DNA of 64,000 nt, taken from Pseudovirgaria hyperparasitica (taxonomy: Eukaryota). The notes beneath the pieces are model-generated. The model saw only the letters and a list, made by a program, of their open reading frames with translations. It searched no databases and was not told the origin of the DNA. Each line of letters starts with the position of its first letter. Within the stretch, counting starts at the first letter, position 1. Shown here piece after piece: positions 11,368-24,561 of the stretch. The translations under genes and the position numbers were made by a program. The stretch lies in the NCBI GenBank assembly GCA_010093815.1, contig ML996570.1, one strand, 5' to 3'.

Positions 11368-12405
11368 GGGGATAACGTTAAAGATGACGATGGGGCGCTG
11401 TAGAGACCGATTGATAAGTATACTGGGAGTTCAATCGAGAGAGGTATTAGAGATGATGAAGAAGGAGAAGGAGAAGAAGAGAAAGAGTGCCGACCTTAAA
11501 AGGACTTCAATGCTCAAGGACTTGCCTTCCTTCCCATTGGATATCAAACAAGCAGCTGTGACCTGAACTCATGGAAGTCAACATCATTTTCCTTTGGGGT
11601 CATCACAAGCTGGAGTCATGGCCGTATACACTTCCTTTCTGGAAGGTGCTCTTTGGTACGGTCTCTCAGGACTTAACTTTAAATATTCAGATGCTATGTT
11701 TTCTGCTTAAATTGCAGAAGTACTGGCTAGGCCATCAAAATTTCGACTTCAAATACGCAAACCTTGTCAAGAGCATATTTGCGAATGTCTTGCATCATGT
11801 TTGAAAGTATGCTGAGCGCCTTCCGAACCTTGATGAGGTCAGGAGCGCGCATGCACGGTACGCTATACCTGCGTCTGCTGGCACCAGTGATGTTATAAAG
11901 GGTATGAGAAACAACGGTCAGCCATGTAGGACTAATTAACTTGGCGTCCATTGATGCAAGTATCAATGACTATGGATTGACTAATGAGCCGGACTGAATT
12001 GGATAGACGCGGTATAAACAAAGAGGGAAGAGGTCAGGCTGCGACAAGCTTGGAAATGAGTCGTGAGCAGGTCGATCATACCTGCTGGAGCCATACCTTC
12101 TCCATATGCCTTCAAAGAAATTTTCAATTCATTGCAAAGCTTAAGAATTGAATGAAGGTGCACTTTAATGTCCGTTGTGATAGCGAGTACAACCTCTCAT
12201 TTGATGAGAGATGATTGCGGTCACGTGCTCAGTTCCGATAAAGCACCAACGCGTTGCCATCGCGGAACTACGCGATTTCACGATATCTTCGATTCTCATT
12301 CCAGGACCGCTACAAATTGCATTGCTGCCCAGCTGGTCAGCTTCTGCGACACTTGCTACCGAAACCATCCTATTTTATCCAGCTGCCGCTTTTCTCTTCT
12401 CCTGT

Positions 12406-15331
12406 ATGCTTGTACTTATTCGCACGCTCTTGGCTGGTCCTAAAACGCCTCGCTTGACGCGACCCCCTACATGCTCGCTGCACTCAATACCACAACCGAC
12501 ATCCATTCAGTCACTTTGGGCGCGGCCTCTCTCTACTACAATGTTCAGGAAAGCTGTTGATGTCCAGAAATCATCACAGCCTAAGCCCAAAGCCCTCGCT
12601 CAGCAATTGTTTCCATCCAGCAGCCCAGATATACATCCCGAACCCAAGCATACGTCGCGACCGGGAGCTCAACCATTAGCCACTGTGAATGGAAATATCA
12701 TAAGACATAATCATAGGAATACCCAAACAGGGCCGGCTGCTCCCTACAAGCTGCCAAGCTCCGTGAGCGGTGTCAAGCGGACCTCAAGTGGCTTAGAGAA
12801 GGCTTTACAGGCGCAGAATAGTGGCTTTGAACATGCCACATCAAACAATGCGCAAACCTGCAATGGAGACATCAAACACGAGAGCAGAGCAGTGCCCCCT
12901 TCGGACAGAACGACATTTCACGATGAGGCCTTTTATGACGAAAATGACTTCGAGAGCGATTTGGACCTCGATGTTGAAGATCCCTCTACGATGCCTACAA
13001 TCGAGTATCCGAAGCTCCCAAACCGGCACCTAGACAGCACGAATCTTGGCCGCTCCATGTTCAAGCCCACTGCTCCAAATGCGGCCGCGATGGCAGCCAG
13101 GGAATACTCAGTGGATTCAGGGTATGGCACGCATAAATCTTCAACACCGTACATACACTCCGAAGTCCCACAGTCGAACACTTTTGCGACTCCCAAATTT
13201 AGAAACCCTCAGTTAGGTTTGAAGAGGGAACAAGAATCGGAAAGACAGACAATGAAGCCCGAGTCTACGATAAAAACTGAACAGTCCCCAGGCACCTTTC
13301 TTCAATCTTCTCAACGTGAGCCCCAGAGCAGTGCCGCTCTACCGTGGTCTTCATCGCCTGCTGAACACCTTCACTCGCCTCCAAAACACCTTCAGTTCGA
13401 ACGATTTGAATACCAACCTGCAGTGAAGGTGGAGCAGGGATGCACACAAGATGTGACTCCGCGACCGACAAAGCGGAGGACTCTACCGTGGTTGCAACAG
13501 GAGGCAGAAGAGAAAACTGCTGCGGAGCGACAAATGAAGATAGACAAGCCTAAGCAGAGCTACGCGGAACCGGCAACGTCATTCACACCCCTGCCGAAAA
13601 ATAAAGATGCTTCGACTACATATCCCTGGAATACGACCGCGAGCGCAATCAAGGCACAGCAGAAGAACTTGCGACAAGCAAACAAGAAACTTGTCAAAGA
13701 GAATGAAGCAACGGACGAAGGACTACGGAGAGCTATTGAGAAGACTAAAAAGAACAAGATCTCGCAGATATTTTTGAGCGAAGAGCAACAGCACATCCTT
13801 CACCTAGTAATCGAGAATAAGAAGAGCGTCTTTTTCACCGGTTCTGCTGGTACCGGTAAATCCGTATTACTGAGAGAGATAATCTCGGGCCTGCGGCGAA
13901 AATACGCCCGTGAGCCTGATCGCGTTGCAGTCACTGCCTCTACGGGCTTGGCGGCATGTAACGTTGGTGGCGTCACTCTACATAGTTTCGCTGGCATCGG
14001 ACTGGGCAAGGAGCCAGTGGAAGAGCTTGTGAAAAAGATCCGGCGTAATCAAAAAGCTCGCCACCGCTGGATGCGGACGAAGATACTCATCGTTGATGAG
14101 GTTTCAATGGTTGATGGTGAGATGATAGATAAGTTGGAATCTATCGCGCGAACGATCCGCAACAACGGCAGACCTTTTGGTGGAATCCAACTTGTCATCA
14201 CAGGAGACTTCTTCCAATTACCACCCGTTCCTGACAGCGGGAAAGTCGCAAAGTTCGCATTCGACGCAGGAACTTGGAATACTTGCATTGAACACACTAT
14301 TGCATTACATCATGTTTTCAGACAAAAAGATCCTGGTGCGTTCTGCAGCCATGTTATCAAATAGGAACACACTGACATATTGACTAGTATTCGCGAATAT
14401 GCTCAATGAAATGCGTGAAGGGCGACTCTCGCAAGCATCCATAACATCCTTCAGTTCTCTTTCCCGCGCTCTACCAGAGGACAATGGAGGTATACAAGCC
14501 ACAGAACTGTTCCCAACTCGTAACGAGGTCGACCGTGCGAATCACGTACGCATGCATGCTCTCCCTGGCGAAACCAAAGTTTTCGAAGCTAAAGACGGCG
14601 GCTCCATCATCGACAAGACCATGCGCGACAAACTTCTGTCGAATTGCATGGCTTCCGAGAAGATCGTTCTCAAGAAAGGGGCACAAGTCATGCTCATCAA
14701 GAATATCGACGATACTCTTGTCAATGGGTCCCTCGGTAAAGTTGTCGGCTTCATGTCCGAAGCCGAATTCGACAGCTACGACCAAGACGAAGAGAATTTC
14801 GCCGCTCTACAAGACGCCGACCCTCTCGATCTCAACCCGGCTCAGCAGCGTCAGAAAAGGAAGCTTGAAATCGCTGCGACCACGGCGCAGAAGTACCCAC
14901 TCGTACGCTTCGCCATTGCGGATGGTACGACGAGAGACCTGCTCTGTCAGCGAGAGACCTGGAAGGTCGAGCTGCCGAACGGTGAGGTGCAGGCCAGTCG
15001 TAGCCAAGTCCCACTGATCCTCGCGTGGGCACTCAGTATCCACAAGGCGCAGGGTCAAACTCTAGAGCGCGTAAAGGTCGACCTAGGAAAAGTGTTCGAA
15101 AAGGGCCAAGCTTACGTCGCGCTAAGTCGCGCAACAAGCATGCAAGGGCTACAAGTACTACGGTTTGACGCGCGGAAAGTCGTTGCTCACGACCGCGTCC
15201 GCAAATTCTATGCTGGACTCAGCCGAGCAGGCGAGAAAGGATGGACGGAGGGCGAAGCTGTCGGCGACACAGAAGGCGTGATGAATCGGATGATGAAAAA
15301 GGCGAAGAAAGTCGACAGTGGGACATTTTGA
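12406..15331 (+). CDS. PIF1: ATP-dependent 5'-3' DNA helicase Pif1 (SF1B)
   Basis: Walker A GSAGTGKS, TASTGLAA, LHSFAGIG, IVDEVSM, GDFFQLPPV, VFRQKD, LAWALSIHKAQGQTL and GQAYVALSRA. Intron 14336-14387. In-frame ATGs at 12406 and 12541. Confidence 0.96.
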
Positions 15332-16433
15332 ACAGAGCCGCCAAAAGGGGGCTCGTTCGGGTCTGGGCTAGATTTATATGTGTATTCATTGCACCACTCG
15401 CACGCGCGCATTAGCTGCTACACAACGCAGCAAAGCATCACCATCTCGTCAGTTTAAGATACCGAAGCGTATATGCATCGAGCATTCTCTGTACTAGACC
15501 TCACGCGCACTACACAGCTAAATGAAACCGAGCAAGGCATTGCATCCAGCGTCTGTGCCTGTAAACACGACTAGATTGTATTTGCTAGCAGATATATACA
15601 TATACATATATAACGACGTCACAATCAATCGTCTCGGTTGCAGATTTCCCGCTTGTGTTGAGATCTACGTCGTCATATGCGCACACACAACTGTGTGCTC
15701 TACGGTTCTATGGACGGATCATTTTGCAAGGCTTCGTGCTTCCGATATCATGCCCCCCCCCTGAGGTTCTTCTCCGGCAGCTGACATGACTCCTCGGGAC
15801 CTTCCCCCACACATACCCCACACACCCCACACTTTTCTTTCGTCAGCCCTATGTAATGCAAGGAAGCGAGGCGTGGGCACGTTACGTTATTCTTATTCCG
15901 TCTAACGTGGTTGGTATATCAATGAATGCGGGACTGATACGGCTTGCTTGGCCCCCTAGTATATATATATATAAATGGGCACAGCGGAGAACATACAAGA
16001 ATGATGGTCTATATCTGAGGGAATCTTGGGGGGAGGGAGCACTGCGGGATGGAATAGCGTCAAAGTGCGCGTAGACCAGAGTACGACTTTGCTGTATTTA
16101 TGTAGTAAGGCAGGTGGACACATGTCATACATATCATATCAAAGACATTCGTCACAGAAGTGCTTTCTAACACACCAGCATGCACCAAAAGGAAGAAAGG
16201 GAAACGTTGCAATACCGAGATATATATGTGTGTGTGTCTTTTCTTTCTTTTCTTCTCCATTAATTCTCGTTAAGTGAGTTCAGGCGGGGTAATAATTTTA
16301 CGTGCGTTGATTGCTCACAGAGAACCCTTTCCCGTTCTTTCCCTTCTTTTTTTGTTTAGTAAGTTACTAACATGGGACCGATGAGTATAATCAGATTGAC
16401 TGACTGATGGGGATTGAATATGATATACCCCGT

Positions 16434-16465
16434 TTGATTGATTGATTGTAATTGATTGATTGATT
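16434..16465 (+). repeat. (GATT)n tetranucleotide repeat
   Basis: ttgattgattgatt...ttgattgattgattgg read directly. Confidence 0.8.
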
Positions 16466-16874
16466 GGTTAACCGTGTCAGTAGCTGGCTGGTTAATTATT
16501 GCATTTGCTTTTGGAGCTGGTGCTGTCTGGTTGATGACGCCCTTCTACCATTGTGATGCAGCGCCTCAATACAGAATGCCCTAAAAAATTGAAAACAAAA
16601 GCAAAAATGTTTGGAAACAAGTAATGCCGCACGGTTCGAGTGGAGTTGAGAGTGTGAGAGTGTGTGTGATTGAACAGAGTGGGCCGCCCACCCTGAATAC
16701 GTCCGTAATGCGTGGGTTATTGTGCCATCCTTTACCTGTCTTGTGTTTTTGCCGTGCCCCATCCTCATATTTTTGGTGTTCTTCATGATAACAACCAGGT
16801 ATTCGCCGTCTGTCCGTTATAAACCGTCCTATGCATCCCATTGTGCTTCTAACCAAAACGCCATGAACCTGTCT

Positions 16875-18667
16875 CTACTGCTCGTCTCCCGAAACGCCCT
16901 CTAGCAAAATATACTCTAGGATATCACTAAGGGTCAGCACACCACGCAACTTGCTCTGCTCGTCAATAACAACCAATCGATGCACGCGTGACCGTCGGAT
17001 TGTGTCGAAGATGGTGTCAAGACGATCGTGTACGGAGCACGAGTAGATACCGGGAAAATCGTCTGGACGTTTGAGTAAGGCTTCGCCGACGGGAAGGGTC
17101 AGTTCGTCGTAGTTGCCGCCTTTGATGACAGATATGACATCCACAGATTCGAAGACGTTTATTACGGTGCCTAGGGGTGTGAGTTCAAAGTCTGGAAGGA
17201 ATATGTCCTGAGGGGCTCTGAGGTGGTGAAGCAAGCTTACCATCACGGTCCAGAATGGGTACGCTGGAGATGTTCTTGCGAACGAGCATGTGGATGATGT
17301 CGATGACGGGAGTCTCCATATTTGCGGTCTGAATGTTCTCGTATGTGCCTACATTCATGTCACGGAGTGGCTTCTGCAACATCTGCGTCTCCTTGACGTT
17401 GACGGCGATGAATTTGAGGATGCGGTATTGGGTGATGACGCTGACTACTAGAGGACGATCTGTTTCATCGTCAACATCTATCAATGGAATACGTCGAGCA
17501 CGAGATTGGAGCATCTTCCGACAAGCTTCGTAGAGCGGTTTCTCGGGGTGAATCGATACCGTTTCGATTGGAGCAACATGGAGGGCCTTTTCGATATCTG
17601 ATGCATGTTAGACTCATGTCCGTGCTTAGGCTTTGATAGTTGATCATCTTACCTCGAAGACTGTCCAGTCTGAATTGATCAACTTGTTCGAGAGCATGAG
17701 GATGCTGCCAGTAGTACTGAATGACATTGATGTAATCAGAGGTAGTCAGCAGACCGGCAAAGGTCGAGGAGGTAGAGTCCCACAGTGGGGCTGAGACAAT
17801 CGCTGCGTGGCACAGGGAAGTTAGTCAGAGCTACGAAGATGAAGTCCGCGGAGCACGTACCGTTTTGGAGAAGAATGTTTAGACTCTTTTTGACCAACAG
17901 GCGGGTGTCGAGGATGATCAAGCGGTAGCTTAGAGGGAGCACATCATAACTCGTCCGGAGCTTCAAGAAAGCTCGGATCGCTCGCTGTCAAGAAGAATTG
18001 AGTTAGCTCTTGGCTGATCGGGATGGATGATAGCAAGCCATACGGCGGTGAGGGACGATGCCAACGACTAGGGAGATAGCCACGTGGGGTGCCACAGACA
18101 CAGCGAAACAGATATCGGAGGTGCATGAACAGGAGTTTTGGTGCTTCCCCATGTCTCCGTGTCTTAGCGACGGCACGGCTCTTGTCACCGAGCCCGCGCG
18201 CCTGGCACACAAAGCTAGTCTCAGGGTAAATGTCATGGGACGGGGTAGTGATGGTGAGATGTGAGGAGGGGGGTTAGGGTGGGATGAGATGCAGGCAGTA
18301 AGTACCGCGGCGTCGCGCAGTCAGCACGCTGAGCAGACTTGAAATAAATCCTCGGACTCACCAATCCTTGAAGCTGTTCGCGGTCGACGGGGTCGTCGGA
18401 ATCGAGGAGAGATGTCGGCGTCATGGGTCTCGATGCAGGGCGAGGACGCAGGTACGAGGCCGGATGCACGACTTGGAAGGCCGGATTGGGGTGATTGGAG
18501 TCCGCGTGACCTCCAGCGGCCCCGATGAGACTCGGGCCACTACTGCTATTACCTAGATGGGAGGAGTAGCGAGTAGCATCATGTTGTTGTTGTTCATGAG
18601 CAGCTGGCTGGTTCTCTTCAAAAGGAGTTTCCCTTGCTCCCGGAGAGTTACTGGCCGAACCAGACAT
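16875..18667 (-). CDS. SNF4: AMPK/Snf1 complex gamma subunit (CBS domains)
   Basis: [59 protein letters not shown] and [18 protein letters not shown]. Exon 1 is 18362-18667, followed by a 377-nt first intron (17985-18361) and three short introns. Confidence 0.95.
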
Positions 18668-19847
18668 TGGATTAAGATGGCAGACGCTGACGCTGCCTCA
18701 TAGAGGTGGTTGGGGTGTCTCGCGACGAAGCCAAGGGCGCTGGGAGTCTAGCGTGGCGGATCACACAAGACACAGCGATGGTCAAAGGGAAGGGCCAGTA
18801 ATGGCGAGAGAGGTGCGGTGCGGTGTCAGAGCCTCAGAGCTGCAGATAGAGTGGCCGGCTGTCCAGATGATGTGATGCGGTGGCAGAGAGAACGTGTTGG
18901 TGGTAGTCGTAGTAGTAGTGTAGGAGAGTAGTAGGTAGCTGGTAGAGGGGGATGGTAGAAAGCTATTAGTTAGTCTAGTGAAAAGGTCAACGTTCAGAAA
19001 AGGTGATTCCGGAAGACAAGAACGAACAAGATCAGTGTCAGTATTAGTGTCGCTGCGAGAGAGTCACTTAGAAGCTCTTGGAAGCGTTCGTGGCCTCACA
19101 GTCACTCTACTGGGCGTGATTCACTCAAGACACTTGATACACTTGCTGTTGATATCTATTTCTGTCCATATTACAGTCACTGTCCCTTCCTGTTACGGAC
19201 TCCTGTTTTTGCTGTTATTGATCTCCCACCCCACGTCTGCCAGAGCTTGCCCAACCCCGCCGTATCACATGCGCCCCACGTGACTATGAGCTATCCCCAA
19301 ATATACTGTGATTGGCCACAGTTCTGGGGCACTAAAGTGAATGAATATCATTCACCAACACCAACTACAGCGTACATCTTCATCACATGACAGGATATGC
19401 ACTTGATCTTGCGGTTACGACGTTTATGTATGCTAACAGGATCCTGAACACGGCTTGTGGCCGTACCCCTTCCGTAATGCTGGACTCTTGGTGAGTTTGC
19501 AGTGTGTCCCAGCCGTACCACCGCCAACTTCATGTGTGCCACATCGCTACAACCCATACAGCTTTCGCTGCCTCTACAATCTCCTGCAGATGTCCATAGT
19601 GCGGCTTATTATCCCCATTGATTCCACTGATACAGAATAGACGCCTGCCACATGCTTCTTCCACGTGAACACAGAGCTGTTTCGCCAATGCTGAAAACGG
19701 ACTGCTGAGACTGGACAGAGCCACCGAAACGATTGTGACGGGACGCCAGACATTGTAGGAAGATACATCAACTGAGCCCTTGGATTTCAACAGCGCTCGT
19801 GAACGAGCCAGGAAAAGAGCACCCCTTCGTAAGCTGGACTGCTTATC

Positions 19848-21581
19848 CTACTTCTTCTGCTGGGTCTCCTTGAGTGCATCAACGTTGAGCTCCGGCCCTG
19901 TATCCTCTTCCTCTTCCACAATCATGTTGGGTGTTGCTGTCTTTTCAAGACTGTCTCCCGATTCCAGTTGCTTCTTGGCCTGAGACACTATTGCTTCTGT
20001 CTCAGTCATGCCCTTCGGCTTGACTCCTTCAACTTCGACCCCCAAGGTTGGATCTTCCCGACGCTGCTTCAGCGCTTTATTGTCGAATCTAACGATCATG
20101 CACGAGAGGTTGTCTGTCGAGAACCGTGCAAGCGCGTGGTCCACCAGTTGCTTGGAAGCCGCTTGCGGATCTTGCATGTGTCGAACGAGATCGACTGCCT
20201 CCTGGTCCGAGCAGACATCCCACAGCTATGTATGGTCAGTAATCGTCAAAGTAATCACTTCTGCTGCACCTACTCCATCGCATGCTAGTATCAAGAACTC
20301 ATCAGAGTCCGGCTGTATGACCGTCTCCGTCGTGTAGGGATGGCCAGTCACTAGATCTTTCATGTAAGCATCTCCTAGAGCTCGAGTAACAGCAAGGACA
20401 CCATTGACACGGTTGTTGAGAATGAGTCCACCAGCATTTGCAACACGTCGGCCTTCGTTCTCGTCGCTTCCTTTGTGGTCGTATGAAAGTCGAAGGGCGC
20501 GTCCGTTTCGGCATAGAACAATGCGGGCGTCGCCGACATTGGCTGTGTACAGCACTCTCTGTCGTGAAGCACTCTCACGTAGTCTCGCCTCGGAGGCTAC
20601 AGGATCCGAAGACACGGTAGTTGTGACGTCTGAGCTATTCTGTGTTCCAGTGCTTGCCTCCCCAGCAGTTCCTTTGTTCGAGCCCTCGGTTGCTGATTTG
20701 ACGACTGCTGCTGCTGCTGGAGCAAAGAACGCCGACCCTGTAGCCGACTGGGAATTGGGCACTCGGTCTTCCCAACGGAGGACCGCGATGACAGCAGTAC
20801 ACCCGCTGTTCTTCAAAGGAAGTTTCTCCAGTTGAGTATCCACAGTGGTGAAGGTCTGGTCTAAAAGTTCGGGAATAGGTGTATTCGGGTTTCTTTTGAT
20901 AGTGTCCTCCAAGAGTAAATGTAGCTTCTTCCCACACCAGTCCGCAGCAAAAGTGCCGGCATGGCCATCAAATATGGCAAAGTATCCGTTGTCTGTCTCA
21001 ACGACTTGCTGCGTCCCATCAGAAACTGTACTTGAGTTCGTTTCTGTTTTTGATAGCTTGCTCTTAGCATCGCTATCTAGACCTAGCACAGGCGCTGGCG
21101 TGCTGAGGAAATTATAGAGATAGGCATGGGTATCTTCCATGGTGCGACGACATTTCCTGTTCTTGTCTTCCGTGACACCAACACGGAATGTGGATCGAGG
21201 TCCAGGCACCGATTCGCCGGCTGCATTGTTGAGAGATCCTGGCAGAACGCTCAGCGCCGGATCGCTCTTTGCGAGTTTCTGCATGGGTGTCTGTTGTGCT
21301 TTTGAATCTATGGGCGAGGATGAGGTGGGTGAGGAGCCAAGATGGAAGGACTGCTTCGCACTGGAGAATATGTCGCGAGCGCGCGAGCCTCTGCGCTTCT
21401 TTTCGGCTCCGTTCTCGTCGTCTTTGCGGTTAGGGCTGCCGCCTTCGCTGGACCGCTTCTCACCGCCGTTGCCGGGCTCGCTTGAGGTCGGGATGGTAGG
21501 AGTTCTTTGTGAATCGAGGGAGCTGGACGAATCTAAAGCAGAATCATCCTCTTTACTTAGCGTACCGGAGCTGCCGAACAT
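19848..21581 (-). CDS. PTC1: Type 2C protein phosphatase Ptc1
   Basis: [63 protein letters not shown] and STDNLS. Intron 20226-20273. Confidence 0.95.
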
Positions 21582-23195
21582 TCTGTTCAACAGACCTCCT
21601 TGGCTAGAAAAACTCCTCCGCTTATTTCCTGCCAGGTTGAAAGATGTGACGAGGGTCGTGCAGCTTCGAAGAGCCGTGGGTATTTATAGAGGGGTGCGGG
21701 GTTGGGTGGGTTTGTCGACGAAGTTCGTTGTTGCAGCAAGGTAGGCTGGGCAGGGCAGGCTGAGCCGTGCGTGCGGTTGAGTGATGGAGCGACAGGTCAG
21801 TCTGCAAGCCACAGGTGGTCAGCAAGCATGCGAGACGAAGCAAGTCACGTTGCTTTGTGTATGGTTTGACGCCGTACAAGCGCTGGGCCAACTCACGCTA
21901 GTCGCTGGCCTCGCGGCGAAGCAAGATCAGGTTGTTATGAAGTACAGCCGGGTGAGGACAGTGTTGGAACGGGCGAGAGTTGTAGTGTTGTGCAAGGTGA
22001 GCAGTGCAGATGAGAGTTTTGCTGTTGTTCGGAGAAGATCCGAAGGCAACGTGGAGATGCCGGATGCGCGAACGTTTGAAGGAGGGGGACGACTTGTGAA
22101 CGAGGGGACGAGGGAACGAGGGGACGTTGGAGGCAGGCCCGATGACGAAACCACGTTGTGGCTAATGATTAATACCTACGGGGAGGGCAGAGATGTGTTT
22201 GTGGCGGTATTATTGCCAGCTGAGATGGGATGGCTCGAACAATGTTGAGAGAAGATATATATGCATAAATATATAGATATTTGTTGGGCAAAAGGGTTCC
22301 CTGTCAAGTATGATAGCCAGGTCAGAGTTAATAAGGGGAGCAAACGGGTCATGCAGCAACAGCAGCAACCCATTGATTCATTCATTCATCCTCGGGCGCA
22401 ACCAGGGTGTGGAGACCACAATGGACTTAAGGGCCGCCAGGGGAGGGGTACCGTGAGTTGACAGACCTAGTTCGGTATTAGGTTCTCATTGCTGACGCCT
22501 AGGCCTCTGGGTCACTATTAAACAACATTCTGTCGACGAACAGAAGGCGTTCAAAAGTATCGCATCAGGCCGTCAGCGTGGTCTTTGTTACAGTGAGACT
22601 GCCGCAACGATGTATTCGTACAGCACGAAATATTTACCACGCGTACAAGACAGCTAGGACCGGCCGGGCTTCACGATGCATTAGATCTAGCTAGCCTGAG
22701 CCAGTCTGTGCTTGTAATACTATCTTGGAAAACTCTCGCAATATTGACATGGTATGCATAGTCTCAGCGTCTTGCGGATACCTCGTGGCGAAAAGCTTTT
22801 GCCTGCCTGGAGATATTGCCTGTTGCCATATGCAGCATGCAGCCGCAGCACTGACGAGGCAGATGAATGCTTAGCACACAGCCTTTCCACCCGACGTTCG
22901 CAGTGAGGCGCGTTCTAAGCGCCAGAGCTGCCGAAGCGCAGGCTTGTAGATGCCCCATTCCACAGATGGTACGACTTGAATGACGGACATCCACACCGGG
23001 TATCCTGTCTACCGTGCAATTTTTCTACCATGTACTGTCTGATGCATTGTCCTGAAAGCAATGCTGTTCGTTCCAATTGTGCCCAATTTGGCCTACCGTC
23101 CAAGTCTGCCTTAGGAGAGCCTCTAGATACGCCTTCACACCCAAACTCCATTACCAGCATGGCGTGTATTATGTTCATAATGAATGCTGTCTGTT

Positions 23196-24074
23196 CTACC
23201 GGCGGAGGCTATCAAGACGTGCCTGGAGGTCGTCATCGCCGGGATCTCCACCCCCTACCGCTTGGGCGACCCTGCTTTCGGCAACTTGGTTCTTCTGTAG
23301 ACCTTGTGGAGTTTCTCCAAGCTGTGTGACATTATCAGTATGGTCGGCTTGCGGCTGAAGCTGCTGTAACATACCGCATCCTTGAGATCGATGCCTATTT
23401 CGTCGAGGACTTGGTTGACTACATCCTCGCTTTCTTCCTCGTCTTCAAGACCAGTCACATCGTCAATCGCATCATCCATCATCTCCTGCCGTTGGTCCAT
23501 GATGTCGTTCTCTTTCTCAAACTCCATTGCGATTCGTTGTAGGGCGGGGAGATTCATCTGACGATTCATGCTGCCAAGTAGAGCTGTTGCTCCCTTCATA
23601 GACTGCATCATCTGCTCGTTGCTGCGGACGGTCTTGAGGGCACAGTTAGTGGAAGCCAGCAGCGTATGCCAGGTCCTCATAGTACATACCTGGATCCGCA
23701 GAGAGATGGCCTGTAGTTGTGTGCGCATCTGATAGAACTTCTGTATATACCTATACTCGCCATCAGCACTTTTTTCAACTCTCAGGCGTGATACCATACC
23801 GTCTCGTTCGGACAAGGTCCTTGGCTTGTATCTTGAGTGGGCCCGTCTGCCCATTCTTCGCACTTTTCTTGATATCTGCAACCAGCTTCTTCTCTTGGTT
23901 TTCCAACTTTACTCTCTCACGGTCCAACTCTCGTTGTGTCTTTTCTAGCGCTCGTTGATGTTTGCGCAGGCGCTCTGCGGGCGTCATGCGCTTTCCGAAT
24001 GCCCATTCCACGATCTAATTCCTGTAGTATTAGCTGGGGCACTGTGCAACATCTAAGGCTTAGCTTACATTCAT
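23196..24074 (-). CDS. VPS2: ESCRT-III subunit Vps2/Did4 (CHMP2A)
   Basis: MN-IVEWAFGKRMTPAERLRK, AKDLVRTRRY, QLQAISLRIQ, MNLPALQRIAMEFEKE and C-terminal MIM1 DDDLQARLDSLRR. A 6-nt first exon (24069-24074) and four introns. Confidence 0.95.
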
Positions 24075-24561
24075 CCTGATAGTGTCACTAGAGAATTGAG
24101 GTTGTGTTGTTGAAGGTAAGGCTACGACGTTGCTGTGCAGCTGTGCAGAGGCAGAAAAGTGGGCTGCCTCCACGTGCTAAGAGTTGCAACACGCTCGTGC
24201 ACGATGACGAAAGTGATAATCAGCACTCCCTCTGAGCTTAATTTGATGCCGTGCAGTACATTGGGGTCTAGCTTGTCCTCGAGTGGCGCTGCAATACACT
24301 AAAACAAGCTACTTCTGCTCAGAAGATAGCCTATCTAGAAGAATTAGGAGATCGATCATGTATTGGGTAGAATACTGCAGATGCCCAGGGGTTTTGACCA
24401 TTAAAACCGGACCGGACGCTAAGTTTTCGCCGCTCCGGGGTCTTACCGACCTCACAACCGTCACTGACAACAATTCTTGAGCCTGATACTATTATCCCTA
24501 CGACCATCGCAATACGCGACATGCCTGACCATACCCTACATAATCCTCAAACACCCTCATA

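Noticed and set aside
12211..12405. Longest-ORF start for PIF1
   Set aside because: The sequence upstream of 12406 reads like UTR; 12406 and 12541 fit known Pif1 isoform logic.
18205..18240. TPP riboswitch in the SNF4 intron (CTGAGA word)
   Set aside because: The downstream CCTGAT...TAATGC..GCG..GGA core is absent and the gene is unrelated to thiamine.
20404..21744. Long antisense ORFs over PTC1 (likewise over PIF1, FZO1, SPT8 and the 40.3-41.1 kb gene)
   Set aside because: Shadow ORFs caused by the codon bias of the real genes on the opposite strand.
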